A stretch of DNA of 64,000 bases from Lama guanicoe. Its lineage: Eukaryota. The stretch's first letter is position 1. Each line of letters opens with the position of its first letter. The notes beneath the pieces were generated by a model. It worked only from the letters and a program-made list of their open reading frames with translations, had not been told where the DNA came from and searched no databases. This document shows positions 35,290 to 47,500 of the stretch, piece by piece. Where the stretch lies: positions 2,406,507-2,470,506 of the forward strand of contig MU053376.1 of NCBI GenBank assembly GCA_013239625.1. The letters run 5' to 3'. The position numbers were made by a program, and so were the translations under genes.

Positions 35290-36203
35290 CCCTCCAAAAT
35301 GGATGACTTTTAATTTGTTAGTTACCCCGTTCAGGCTACAGACCAGCTTCCTTCTTCAGAGAAGGGTTTCTCTGTCCAGTATGCTGCATGAGGAGCAGGT
35401 GGATTTGGGGTGGGACATATTATGCTTACTATCACCTATTGACAACATCAGTTAAGAACAATAGAAGGTTGCAGTTTTAGTGACATTTCTTGGCCTTTGA
35501 TTCTAGGAACTTGGATAAACTGCCTGAGCTCAGGACGGGCTTGCAGGTTATACATTAATACAGAAGCTATACCTTAATCCTTCAGCCCCAGACATGACTC
35601 TTTGGTGGGTCAGAGAGCAGCTTCCTGGGGGGCAGAGGGTGTTAGGTTCTGACCCACCTTGTAATTGTGGTTCTCCTGGAATGGTTTGCTCTCACTGCAG
35701 AAGCAGCTAATAGTCATCCCCATCATAGAGAACAGAGACCTGAACATTGCTGACGACCACGTCTCCTGGCTGCAGAGGAGCCCAAGGCTCTGATCCTCTG
35801 ATCCAGGCTCCAGAACCAGGAGTGGGCACGGCAGTTGGTGGGGCTGAAGGGGAGACGCAGGAGGACTGTGGAGGGCAGACTGGGGGAGCATGCGGCATGG
35901 AAAGCATTGTGTTCAAGGCGTGGGTAGGTGCAAAGGTTCTGCCCCATATCAGGCAGGACTGAAGGCTGGGAGGAGCTCTTCCCCAGAGAAAGCTGCCCAC
36001 ACACAGACACCCCGAGGGAGAGTCTGGGGTGGTGTTGGGGGCTTATAGGATACGGCAAAGTTTAGTACCAGAACCTAGCAATGGCCTCAGTAGACAAAGG
36101 GGTCCTTTATCTAATCACTGTCCCCCAAGAGACTTTGGGTCCACCATTCTAAAACCTAAGTCATCATTTAACTAGTCTCCAGCTGGTAGTCCTATGAAGG
36201 GAG

Positions 36204-36209
36204 TTTATT
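36204..36209 (-). terminator. PIGR: PIGR distal polyadenylation signal (AATAAA)
   Basis: TTTATT on the + strand about 1.6 kb past the stop codon, consistent with the long PIGR 3'UTR. Confidence 0.65.
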
Positions 36210-37827
36210 CATTTGATTAATTGAGTTTTGATTCACAGCATCTTGATCTTCAAGGTTACCCCAGGCAGATGTGAGATTCAAGGTCAAGTATTCCACAGAT
36301 GCTTTACCAACATTTTGGTTAATGCCTAAGGGAAGCACTGGTTATACCTGCTTTCAGTTTATTCCATCATGAATAGTCTTAATTACGTTTTATAACACAG
36401 AGCGTGGGGGTCTTGGCCATTGGTGTCGACCCCAACCTGTTCTTTCATGGAAGATCATCTCAGTCCCACTAGCAGGCAGTCTCCTTGCCCCTCTTAGCCC
36501 AGCATGGGAGGTGGGGGAAACTCCGGTTTAGACACATGTCCTGGGGTACCTAAAAGTGCAACCAAAGCAAACTGCCCGGAAAGGGTTGTCTGGGAAACAG
36601 ACGGTATGGGGACAAATGTAGTCTGAGCCTCCTCAGTGGCAATCACAGTCTTTAATTATTCATTAATTCGCATTTTTGATTTGTTAGCAAGTGCCAGCTT
36701 GTAGGTGCTAGTTGAAGTACAGAGCTTAGAGGGAAAAAAAAACAAAACAAAACCTTAGCTCTCTGGAGATCAGCCCCTCCCTGGCACCATCAAACTGCCT
36801 CTTTCCTCCCCTTCCACTCAGAATTCTCCAGATAGAGGGGCTGGGAGAATCTGACGACCCTCATACCCTCTTAGGTCTCTGTGAGTGACAGAAAGGGGAA
36901 GGACTGTCTCCCCTGAGGTGGGGCTTGTGAAAGACCAGTCCCCATGTACATTTTCTCTTCTTCCTCCTCCTTACTGTAGAATTCTGTCTCCCCCAGGAGA
37001 GCAGAGGCTCTTGTAGAGAGATAGGAGATGCTAAATCTAGCTTCAACACTCGTGTGTCTCACGTGCTGCCCTTCAGCAAACCACTTCACCTCTGAGGATC
37101 TCAACTTTCTCACGTCAAATGTTAAATGCTAAGAACGTGTGTTTACAGCTCCTTGTATGTATGCGCGTGTTACATGAGCCCTAAGGCCTTAGGACTCCTC
37201 CCAACGCAGGCGGAAGTGAGTGTATCTGGTGAGGATTTCAGACCATGGTGAGTACACAGAGATGCTGTGGCTTCCAAGGATTCAGTGATGTTTACAGAAA
37301 GGCCGCCGGTTGGGTTCGTGGCGCAGTGTCTAGCAGAGCGCCTGGGTTCTAGTGAGTATCCAGATAAGTATTTTTAATGAAAGAAAGAAGAAGAGAAGAT
37401 GGAAGGGAAGGAGGGATGGAGAGACGCAGGGATGGTAGAAGGGAGAGCCCATCACTGACATCCCAAACTAAAGGTGCAGAGAAGCCCCGGACGGCCCTCC
37501 TTTCTGAAGTCATCTCCCCACCCCTTCTGGTCTCTTTTCTTTCTGAGAGGCCCCTCCAGGATCTTAAATCTCCTTCCACACCTTAGTTCTGTTGTCAGGA
37601 CTCAGCTGCCGGTGGGAATTCCTCACGTCACCTCACCCCCAACAGGAACAAGTAAGCCAGGCTTGGACCACCGAGAAGGGACCGCCACACCCTCTGAGGA
37701 CAGGGAGGAAAAGCCTAGGTGGGGGGTGAGTGCAGGCAGTGGAGCCCCCGGAGCTGAGGGCCCTGAGAATCAACGTGATTCTGAAGGTGATTGTCGTGTG
37801 CGGAGGGAGGGGCAGCCCGGGCGCTGC

Positions 37828-37923
37828 CTAGGCTTCTCTGGGGCCGTCCTGGGCGCCGGCGGCCATGTTGTTGGCCTGGAGCAGGAAGGCGGTGAAGGCC
37901 GCGTCGGCTTCCTCCTTGGATGA
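37828..37923 (-). CDS. PIGR: PIGR exon 11 coding part
   Basis: Starts ccccag|TCA and ends TAG; SSKEEADAAFTAFLLQANNMAAGAQDGPREA*. Confidence 0.95.
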   Translation of the reverse strand, partial: SSKEEADAAFTAFLLQANNMAAGAQDGPREA

Positions 37924-40900
37924 CTGGGGGCGACAGGAGAGGAGTCAGTGTTTGGGGCATTGGCTCCGTGAGTTGGGGGGTAGGAGGGAGGGGACGCACG
38001 AAGTATCCTAAATTCCTAATCTTGGCCCAAGCACCCCACACCCGTGTTGACCCATTGTTCTTATTCCAGCCACCGTGCTCACCAGGAAGGCCTAATTTTG
38101 AGAAACGGAAAGTTGCAGCTTCTAAAAATATCACCCTCTGTCTCACTACCTCCTTCCAACACATGGAGTGGAACCACCTCTATTGCCTGGGCCTGTCCCC
38201 GGAAGCCCGGCCCACAGCCACGGCCAGGGCGGCCTGCGCTGGTGTTAGCCACAGAGGTTTACACTCTTCTTTCTCTACCAGCTCAGAGACACAACACAAG
38301 GCTGAGGGGAAGGCTGGTTCCCCTAATTGTTCTGAATGCTGGGGTCTCTGCTGCTGCCAGGCAGAGAGGTAACAAGCACGGGTGCCCGGGGGTCAGGGGG
38401 GCACCGGGAGGGGGTGACATGTGACCCAATGGCAGGGGTCGCCTCTGGTAGGATGCAGCACTTGGTTGGGGCGGAGAGGGGCATGTAGTGACTATAACAG
38501 CAGCTCCCCCACCCCACGAGCAAATGTCCTCCAGGCCCGGGGACAAGCTGCCCCCACAAACCCTCTAGCGAGGGTGATGACCTGGGTCCCACGGCCCGGA
38601 AAGAACACCCACCTAACCCCCAGTGTTTGACACTGAACTGCTGAGCCTGCGGCCGAATCTTTAATGCCTTTGCCTTCCTCATCACCCACCCCCCGCCCCC
38701 GTCATCTCCCTCCCTCCTGCCTGTTTACAGCCTATAAGCACGGCTCACCTCCTGCCTGTATTTCAGCCACATCAACACCACAACAGGAAAGGTATACACC
38801 TCGCCTTTGAAAAGTCCTCCTGAATGCTCCCCTACTCTGGCCCAGCTCCCAACTCCTGAGACAGTGCTTTCTGATGTCTAACTGCAGTCCCTCCTGCTGC
38901 ATTTCCTCATCACCCACCTGAGGCCTCCTTCTCCCTCCTCGCCCTTACCCTTTTTGCCTTCTTGGGTTCTTTGGTCTCCGTGGTGTCCTCAATAGTGGGG
39001 GCCGACTCTGTGTGAAGAGCAGGAATGGGTGGATCAGCCCTCCCTGCCTCCCATTCCTGCCCTGGACGCAGAGTCAGGGCTAATTCTTGCTCCCCAGGGC
39101 ATGGGCATGCCTTTGAGTGAAGCTCGTACCATCTTTTCCTCCAAGACTTGTCTCTTGAGTGTCTGGAGAGGCTGCCGTGTTATCGTGGGCTCCAAAGTCC
39201 CTGGAGTTCTCAAAGTCCGACATGCTGATGTCTGTCCTGTAACTTCTGATTGAAATCCGGTCTGTCCAGGAGAAAGAGGAGTTGGTGTAGGGATAGGGGC
39301 CAGGGATGGGCCAGGACAGGGGGTGCTGCTCGTCCCTGGGGGAATCCACAGGAGAGCTGAAGTGGGGCCAGATCTCTGCCGCTTGTCTCTGACTAGGACC
39401 CAAGGCAGAATGGAACGACCTGAGTGTCCTCCCCAGTCCCCTTTTCACAGACAATCTAGACTCAACAATCCCCAGCCATCGTTTATCAGTCTGTGACCTT
39501 TCAGTGCACAGCATCTTGTTTTGTCCTCACGTGAGCCCTCAAAGGTGGTTATTAGCCCCCTTGTCTTGAGCCCTGAGGAACCCGAGGTATGAAATGGGGA
39601 CACCCGGTGTCACACAGCCCAGGTCTCCCAGCATCTTTCCCTCCTCTTCCCAGCAGCTCTGTCTCCAAACTTAGACCCTGAGCAATGGACCCAGGCTTCC
39701 AGAGACAGCATTTGGACAGCGGCACCTAGTGTAAGTTTTGGGCATCTGTGGGTTTATCTTTCCCCACCTCACTTTCCCAGACCCTTGCTTTGAGCCTATG
39801 AAAGAGAAAGGACCATGACAGCTCCCTGAAGGGTCGCTGAGCCAGGATGGAGGGCTCGGGGCTGGAGGTGGGTGACAGGGACTCACCGACGTTCTTCCTG
39901 TGCCGCGCCCTGAGCACCCCAATCACCAAAACCCCCAGCGCCAGCACCAGGGCCACGGGCACCAGGACGGAGACCAGCACTTTGGAGCTCCTGCCTTGTG
40001 CTGCAGAGCTGGAGGAAGGATTACGTCAGTCAGTCGCTGTGAGGGAAACCGGGAGTCCCAGGAGGTGCTGGCAGGTTGGCTCTGGCTAGTTCTTCCTCCC
40101 AGGTTAATCTGCTCCCCTTCCTCCTGCCACAGCCCCTGAGCTCCATTCTTCTAAGAAGCCCTCCCAGACACGACAAAGGCAAAGACGGGGCCTTCGCTGC
40201 ATCCCACCCAGGCCTGGGAAACTGAGCTGAATGGTGATGGCTGTCCCAGCCCCAGAAGAAGGGCGGAGCACAAGCCGAGGCAGTGAGGGCTGCCGCCACT
40301 GTCCAGAGGTGGACAGGCTCTCCTCCTCGGACCTGGTGGCCCAGCCCCAGGCCTCTGGTGTCTGGAATGTTCTTTAGGTGGGAAGCCCCAGATCCCTCCT
40401 CACCTGCTGGAGTCTGCAGGTACTCCGCTCCCACCGGCTGGGTCTTCAACTTTCTTCACTGCCCTTTCCTCTGCAGAAAGTCTGGGATCCAGAAGAACTT
40501 TGTTCTCAATGTCCTCCCTGGCCCGTGGCTCTATGGCATCCTCCTCATGAGCAGCACTCGCTTGGCGAGCATCCTGGGTCCCTGGAGAGAGCAGAGTGGG
40601 GCTGGGTTACGGTCCTTCCTCTGTGTTTTCTGCCCTTGAGGCCAGGGAGTCAGAGGAGCGGGACTTCATCAGGAATCCCGGGCCAGGGTGAGATCTCAAG
40701 GCGGCTGGGATAGGGTCCCGGAGGGCACCAAGGGGTGGTGGTCTTCTCTAGTTTGTCGCGGATGATCTCTGTCCCATTAAGACCAAATTCATTTCCTACA
40801 AGCTACAAGGCTCCGAATCACAGATCCGGCTATGTGGAAGGGCTGACCCGTCATTTGCGGACAGGGAGATTTTTTTCCCACAGCTTTGAAACCCTGCCAA

Positions 40901-43900
40901 GGCCTCCTGACTGCAGGGCTGGGCACCATAGTGCTGCCCCCTGGTGGTAGCGTGGCTAGGGTTCCCTCGTCAGTGAGCCAGGATGCTGACTTGGTAAGAT
41001 TTCTAGAGGGACTAAAAATACCCTCACTAGGGATAAAACATTTCATGTGATATTTTTAAAAGAGGCTTAAAATGCAAACTTGCCAGCAGAGGTTGCCCTA
41101 ATTTTCTTTATCAGACCTTGAATCAGACCGTGGTGATCTCAGTCTCTTTTGAGCAGGCTTTGGCAGACTAAGAGACATATAATCGTGACTTTGACATTTC
41201 TGTATATAGAAGGAGAGATCTACATAGAGAAAGGGCTTCAAGATGGCCTGAAAGGGCAACCATGGGGCTTGTCTTGAAACTGAAGTTAAATGGCAGATCC
41301 ACTATTTTTAGTTTGTATGTTTTGGGGGATGCTCTTTTGGGAGGCCTAAAGAGACTATGTGGGGGCTGAAATCTCTCCCTCGCCCCCACTTTTTATAGCC
41401 AAACCCAGGGACCACCCTTGATGGAGACACTCTTAGGCGGGAGCCTGTCGCTGGGGTCTCAGGGGGATGGGGGCCTGGCCCTTGGACACTCACCCTTTAC
41501 CCTCGTCTCCACCGCCACGTAGACCGCTGCGGTCTCTCCGTACTGGAGGCCGTCCTTCACCCCGCACCAGTACCAGCCTTCGTCCTCCTTGGTGACAGGG
41601 TTCAGGTTCAGGGAGGTGATCTGGCTCTGCTGGCTGCAGTTCACGAAGGCTTGGCTGGCGCCCTGGTCCTGGCTGGGCAGTGTCCTGCACCCGGTGTTGC
41701 TCCATTTGCACCAGTACTTCTCGGAGGAGTAGAATTTGCACGGGAAGTGGCAGGGCAGCTTGAAAGACTCTCCCAGCCAGGCAGTGACGTTCTTGGATAC
41801 CTTGAGGCTTGGTTCTCCTGGAGCAGGGAGATAGGGAGAAATAGGCACAGAAGTTGGCAGTGGTGATGTCGCAGGGAAGTGACTGTGCGGGGGCACCTTT
41901 GTCCACAGTCCACGTCCTCTTTGGACAGTGTGGTGACTGAATAACACTTCCCTGAACACTTAAGCACTGTAATTGTATGCCTGTGTGGTAGATCAGCGAG
42001 GACCGCCGTGATCAGCCCAGCCTATCACAGAACATAGACCCTGCCAGCGACTTGCGTTCACTTCCCCTGCTGTCATCTTCTCTCCTAGACTCAATACAGA
42101 GCCGCGCTCTACCCCAGCTGATGCCGCAGATAAAGAGGCCAATGTTCTCGATAATAGGAGGTGTTACGTGTGGTAGCTTGAAGCATGTGAGGTAAGGGAG
42201 GATGCTTGTTACAGGTGTAAAAATGTGACCTTTCGACAGGTGGGCGCTCTCCTGAGGCCCATCCCACCAGCACGGAGGTGGGAGGGAGAGTGACTGGGGC
42301 GTGATGCTGCAGCCGACTGGAGGCGTCCTGGGGCTGCCTCCCTTCCCTCCTGCCCCAGCTCAGCTCTTACCTTCAACAATCTTGAGCTCCACCACGGACC
42401 TCCAGCTAATATCGCCGTTGGTCAAACACCAGTAGAAGCCGGCGTCCTGGGTGGTGAGCTGGTTGAGTATGACGGTGTAGACGCCGTTGCCCGGCTCCTC
42501 ATACAGCACGAGCCTGCCCTCGTACTGCTCATCAACCAGCCCGTTGCTCTCCACCAGCTGCCGGCAGCGGCCGTTCTGAGTCTCTTCCCAGCGGCACCAG
42601 TATTTCAGGCTATCTTTCTCCTTAGGGTTGTAGGGGCAGGACACGACCACGGAGGATCCCACCACACCCTTCACCACTGAGCGGCTTTGGGGGATCTGGG
42701 TCTCTGGAAGCACAGACAGAGGCGGGATGGAAGAACACAGCGTGGCTAAGGCAGGGTGGAGAGTGGGGCTTAGACCCATCCTATCACCCTCCGCAGAAAA
42801 TGAAAGGGACTTGCCCAGTGTCACAGAGTTCATAGCTGGAGCCATCTGACCAGACTCCAGGGACCTTCACCACTTCACTGAATGAAGTACCTCATTTCCT
42901 TTCCCCTCCAATTCTGAGCAGAGACGGGAAGGAGGTTAAAGAGCAATGATCAGCCTTTCTCCTCGGGCTTCTTACCAAATCTCCCCCAGGGACGTTTTTG
43001 TCTGTTTCTGAGCCTGTCCCACAAAAATGGCCAGATGGTTTTTCTCCAAATTAAGAAAATATGTTTATAACTGTAGGATTTAAAATGTGTAGCAGAGGTA
43101 AGTTTAATTGTAGAGGATGCCAAGGGCCATCTCCAAGAGAAATATGGCCATCCTCCCAGGAGAGAAGCTGAGCTTCCATGAGAACCCGGGGTGACAGAAG
43201 ATGCTGAGGGGTGTGGTGAGGGCCGAGCTGGACGGAGAAACAGTGCACAGGGGGCGTGGGCCCCACGGGAAAGTCACAAGGGCAGTGACCTTGAACCACA
43301 GGTGCTGGTCTGCTGCTTCTCATGAGGGTGACTCTATGCAGAGCACTCCAGGCTGAGAAGGAGCAGGCATTTAACCAGATCGTGCTGAATAACAAATGAA
43401 CCTAAAGGATGTTGGAGGGGAGAATTTAGAAGCTGGGGCATTGGCTTTCTGTCAAAGCTGTGAGACCCACAGAAGCCAATCTTTCTTCCACCTGAGTGTG
43501 AAAGATGAGATGCTGTCCTGCTCGAGGGTCAGGGAGATCCTGTGTTAGGTCCTCCCCGTGGCTCTCTGAAACCCAGGCAATCTACAGGTCTAGTCTCAAT
43601 CAGGGCCTTCACTCCCTCATTCTTATTGATCAAGGACAGCTGTCCAAGGCCTTTGATAACAGAGAAGAAGAGTTAGGAGATCACACAAGACAGAGGCTAT
43701 GTTTTCTGGCTCTCGCGTACAGCTGCCCATGGAGCATCCGGTCCAGGGTTGATCAGCTAGCAGACATTGTCAACTGACAGAGGAATATCAGATAGGTTCA
43801 CAGGGAGTGAGCGAGGCTCTCATCTGCCGGACTGCCCACCCCTTCCCTCTCCCCGTCTCAGGTCTCACCTTCGTTGACGAAGAGTTGCCAAGCCTGGGTG

Positions 43901-46688
43901 GACGAGCCTTTCTGGGGCACGCCGTCAGAGTCAGCTCCGCACAGGTAGAGCCCCGCATCCTCTTTCTTCAGGCCAGTGATGTGCACAGTAAAGCGGCCGT
44001 TGTTGCCAGTAGTGAGTAGGATCCTGCCCTCAAAGTCAGGAGCCTTCGTCTTCAGTGTGTTGATGACCACATCACAGGCTTCCTCATTTTTCAGCCGGCA
44101 CAGAAATTTGGGCACACTCTTCACCTCGGGGCCCAGGTCACAGTCAATGGTCACTGAGCCCCTTAGGTCTCCATAAATCAGCTCAGGATCGGGCTTCAGC
44201 ACCTGGAGGTCAGCATTGCTCTTATCGGCGCTGGAATCGTCCCCAGCCTGGCAGACGTACATCCCAGCATCGCTGAGCTGGACTTGGTTGATGACAAAGC
44301 TGAACACTAATTGGCTGGTACCCTGAATACTAATATGTGCTCTGCCCTTATAGCTGGGGTTCCTATAGTTGTTGGTGTCGGCGATGAGGACACAGCTCTG
44401 GCTCATCATCTTGCACACCGATTTCTTCTTCTGCAGATTTGCAGCCTTGAAAGGGCAGCTGATGGTCGCTGTCCTGCCCAGATCTGCTGTGTAGACTCGG
44501 ACATCATTTGTCTGCCCAGGACCTGTGGGATGAGGGGCGGGGCCAGCTGCGATTTTTCTCTTGACACATAGGACTGCTCAGTGTTGCCAGTGAGGGGCTG
44601 GGTGTGCCTGTCACCCAGAGTGCCCTCTTCCCCCAAGGGACGCTGTCTTCCAAGGCTCAGCTGCCTCCTCCAAGAAGCCTTCCCAAGCTGGCACTCATCT
44701 CTCCCTCTCCTGTTCCCCGTTGATACTTACTTACCCTGTGTCACTCATTACATCCAATCCTGTGGTCTTTGGGCAAGAATTAATCATTTAATTTATGGTG
44801 AGAGTTTTTTGTTAATTAAAATTTTTTTATTTTAATTTTCTTGGAGGGGAAGGTAACTAGGTTTATTTCTTTCTTTCTTTAATGGAGGGACTGGGGATTG
44901 AACCCAGGTCCTCGTGCTTGCTAAGCACGCACTCTGCTGCTGAGCTATCCCCTCCCCACTATGCTGAGAGTTGTGATGGACTAACGGATCTCAGGTAAGA
45001 AAATGCATCATAAAAGTTTTCTGGTGACCCAAGGTCTTCATCTGAAGGATGCTCTAATAGCAGGAATTTAAGGCTCCCTATGAGTCTCTCCCTGCTCACC
45101 GGCCTCTTGTCTCGCCCGCAACAAATGGAACGAGAGAAGCTGTCCTCCTGATGCTCCTCCAAGATACAGCCTTAGTAACACCCGACAATATTTTAGGCCC
45201 TGAAGACCTAGATCCAGCCACCCTCCCCTCCCCTCAGCAGGGCCCATCTGCCTCGTTATCATATTCTATTATGCAATGTCCTCCGCTCCACATGGACCCA
45301 CGGCCTTCCTCAGCCCATGCCAGGATGCCCTTCCCTCTCGGGAGATTCTGCCCTTCGAGCCCTTCTGTTGCCCCTGAGATGATTCCCTCTCACTTGGCCC
45401 CGGGGTCTAAGGAGCCTGGACTCTCACCTCGGCTGACCTCCAGGCTCACATCGAAGGACAGGCCTCGGCTGCTAATGCCCAGACCACACTTGTAGCGCCC
45501 GGAGTCATTCCGGGTGAGCTGGGCGACGTCTATCACGAACGTGCCGTTCTCCGGAAAGTTGGTGAGGTTGGCTCTGCCCTTGTAGTCGTCGGAGACATAC
45601 CCCCCTGAGGAGATGAGGGTTGTGCAGTGGCCCTTGGCCTCCTGCCGGCACCAGTATTTTCGAGAATGCCGGTTGACGGAGGTGGATGGGTAGAAGCACC
45701 TGATGGACACCGAGTCGCCTTCCACCCTGCTCACCTCCCGGGGGCCGAATATGGGACTCTTCGTGGAGACCACTGTGGGGACACAGACAGAGGCTTTCTG
45801 AGGCTGTGGGAGGTCCAACCTGCTGAGAGGATCCAGACAGCCCGCACCAAAAAGATGAAACTTTCCTCCTAACACACACCTTCTGTGGATAACTTAGTAT
45901 GCGATACAGCTAGACAGTTGCTGCTTGACAATGGATAAATTGCAGTTATTAAACATCTACTAAATCCTAGTCGCAATTCATTAACGATAACCACTTTAAG
46001 GGCAACGGAATGGCCAACTTATTTAATGATATCTTTTGTGTATCTATATTAAAAGAGCCCCCCCCCCACCATGGGGTGCTACACTGTTGCATTTGTTATC
46101 TGTCATTTCCTTGTTTTTCTAAAAACGCTTTATCAATTACTTTCTTTTTTTCCAGATAAAAATATTGAGAGCCACAGGGGCAGGGCACTTTCCCCAGACC
46201 CCAAAGCAACTCATAGTGATGCCTAGTTCAAGGTCAAGGTCTTTTTTTATTTTTTAATTAAAAAAAATTTTCGAGGGGGAGATAATTAGGTTTATTTATA
46301 TATTATTTATATGGAGGGACTGGGGATTGAACCCAGGACCTCCCGCATGCCAAGCGTGTGCTCTACCACTGAGCTACACCCTCCCCCCCTTTCTTTTTCT
46401 TTATTGCCAGTGAAGTCCCTTCACCGGACCCCTGGTTTTGAAATCAGGAAGTGCCATTTCCATTCCTGATGCCCAGTTCTCTTTCGCCAGTCCATTTGCG
46501 GAGGTGGCCTTTCTGCATGGTCTCTGCGGCTCCTCAAGACAGGGCAAGCTTTACAAGGGACGTCCCCGGGGATGGGCCTGATTTCAGGGTCCCCAGAGAA
46601 CTGGGTCCTGCATGGGGGTGGGCTGGGACCTGGCCGACGCACCTGGGAAGACAGCCAGCAGGCAGACGAAGACGAAGAAGCGTGTCAT
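37828..46688 (-). CDS. PIGR: Polymeric immunoglobulin receptor, 762 aa: complement(join(37828..37923,38949..39007,39130..39261,39887..40008,40404..40581,41494..41817,42371..42703,43869..44522,45428..45772,46643..46688))
   Basis: Signal peptide MTRFFVFVCLLAVFP; D1 has KSPIFGP and the CDR1 segment SVNRHSRKYWC; five Ig V domains, with D2 and D3 in one exon; TM VLVSVLVPVALVLALGVLVIGVL; basolateral signal RARHRKNVDRISIRSYRTDISMSDFENS. The spliced CDS is 2289 nt and in frame. Confidence 0.97.
38949..39007 (-). CDS. PIGR: PIGR exon 10
   Basis: Boundaries acacag|AG ... AGG|gtaagg; ETKEPKKAKR. Confidence 0.94.
39130..39261 (-). CDS. PIGR: PIGR exon 9, cytoplasmic
   Basis: Boundaries gacag|AC ... GAT G|gtacga; DRISIRSYRTDISMSDFENSRDFG. 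Confidence 0.95.
39887..40008 (-). CDS. PIGR: PIGR exon 8, transmembrane
   Basis: Boundaries ctccag|C ... GTC G|gtgagt; 122 nt. Confidence 0.95.
40404..40581 (-). CDS. PIGR: PIGR exon 7, linker and secretory-component cleavage region
   Basis: Boundaries ctccag|GG ... AG|gtgagg; contains IENKVLLDPRLSAEE. Confidence 0.92.
41494..41817 (-). CDS. PIGR: PIGR exon 6, domain 5
   Basis: Boundaries ctccag|GA ... AAG G|gtgagt; the extra Cys pair (CHFPC, VNC) typical of D5 is present. Confidence 0.96.
42371..42703 (-). CDS. PIGR: PIGR exon 5, domain 4
   Basis: Boundaries ttccag|AG ... GAA G|gtaaga; 333 nt. Confidence 0.96.
43869..44522 (-). CDS. PIGR: PIGR exon 4, domains 2 and 3
   Basis: Boundaries ccacag|GT ... 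GAA G|gtgaga; 654 nt encoding two Ig domains. Confidence 0.96.
44807..44959 (-). mobile_element. Vic-1-like SINE in PIGR intron 3
   Basis: Contains ggggattgaacccagg..ctaagcacgcactct..tgagcta. TSD tatg[g/c]tgagagtt at 44794-44806 and 44960-44972. Confidence 0.85.
45428..45772 (-). CDS. PIGR: PIGR exon 3, domain 1
   Basis: Boundaries ccacag|TG ... CGA G|gtgaga; 345 nt. Confidence 0.96.
46241..46389 (-). mobile_element. Vic-1-like SINE in PIGR intron 2
   Basis: Contains taattaggtttatt..ggggattgaacccaggacc..ctctaccactgagctacaccctcccc. Confidence 0.85.
46643..46688 (-). CDS. PIGR: PIGR exon 2 coding part (signal peptide)
   Basis: Starts gcgATGa and ends CCA G|gtgcgt; the acceptor tttcag-cag puts the exon start at 46741 or 46738. 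Confidence 0.93.
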
Positions 46689-47269
46689 CGCTGGTGGCTC
46701 CCGCAGGGCTGTGTCACTCAGGTCAAGTTCCTGCACAGCTGCTGAAAGACAGTAGCACGAGGTTGTGAAACTCCTGTTTTCCAAGACTGTGGACCTTGGA
46801 GTTCCTGTAATACCTGTTTGATTTTGTATCTCCAGTAACGGACATAAAACCTGTTAAAGAATGAATGGCTCCACCTTTCCCATTACAGTTCAAAGTCCCA
46901 GCTTCCCATAGGGATCTTTGTTCCTTGTTAGTTATAAGTAGAGTTTTACCTTCTCAGCTAAGCTGCAAGCTCCTTTGGGATAGGAACACAGGTGTCATTT
47001 CCTCTGTATCCCTGTCCGGGAGACACGGGCCTGGGACAGGTCCGTTCTCAGGAGCAGCTCGACGGATAATCGATTACTTCCAAGAAGCAGCTGCATCTCT
47101 CTGTTTTGACTGCCCTACCTGTGTCCGTGGGGCGTATTTTACAATGCATCATATGAGTAAACTGAGACTTACCGAGGAGGCCTAGTAAGGATTAAAGTTG
47201 TAAATTTAATGATGATGTTCGTAATCACCACCGACGGTTCCCCTACCTTGTTCCAGGCACTGTGTAAAA

Positions 47270-47500
47270 TAGTGTATGTGTATTGTCTGTTTAAACTTGA
47301 CATTGTCCCTAGGAAGTGGGTATTCTTATCCACATTTTACGTAGGAGGAAGTGAAAGCTTAAAGGTCAAGTGCTGTGCTCAAGGTCGTGCAGGGATTAAG
47401 TGTGGGTATAGGTGGGGTGGGGGTGGAGGAGGTGGGCAAGACCTGAGCCCAGCTTTGCCTGACCCCAAAGTCCGAGCCCTTAGCCTCTCTCACTGCACAG
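47270..47500 (-). mobile_element. MIR SINE
   Basis: Contains atcccacattttacgtaggaggaagtgaaagcttaaa..caaggtc..gcctgaccccaaagtccgagc. Confidence 0.55.
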
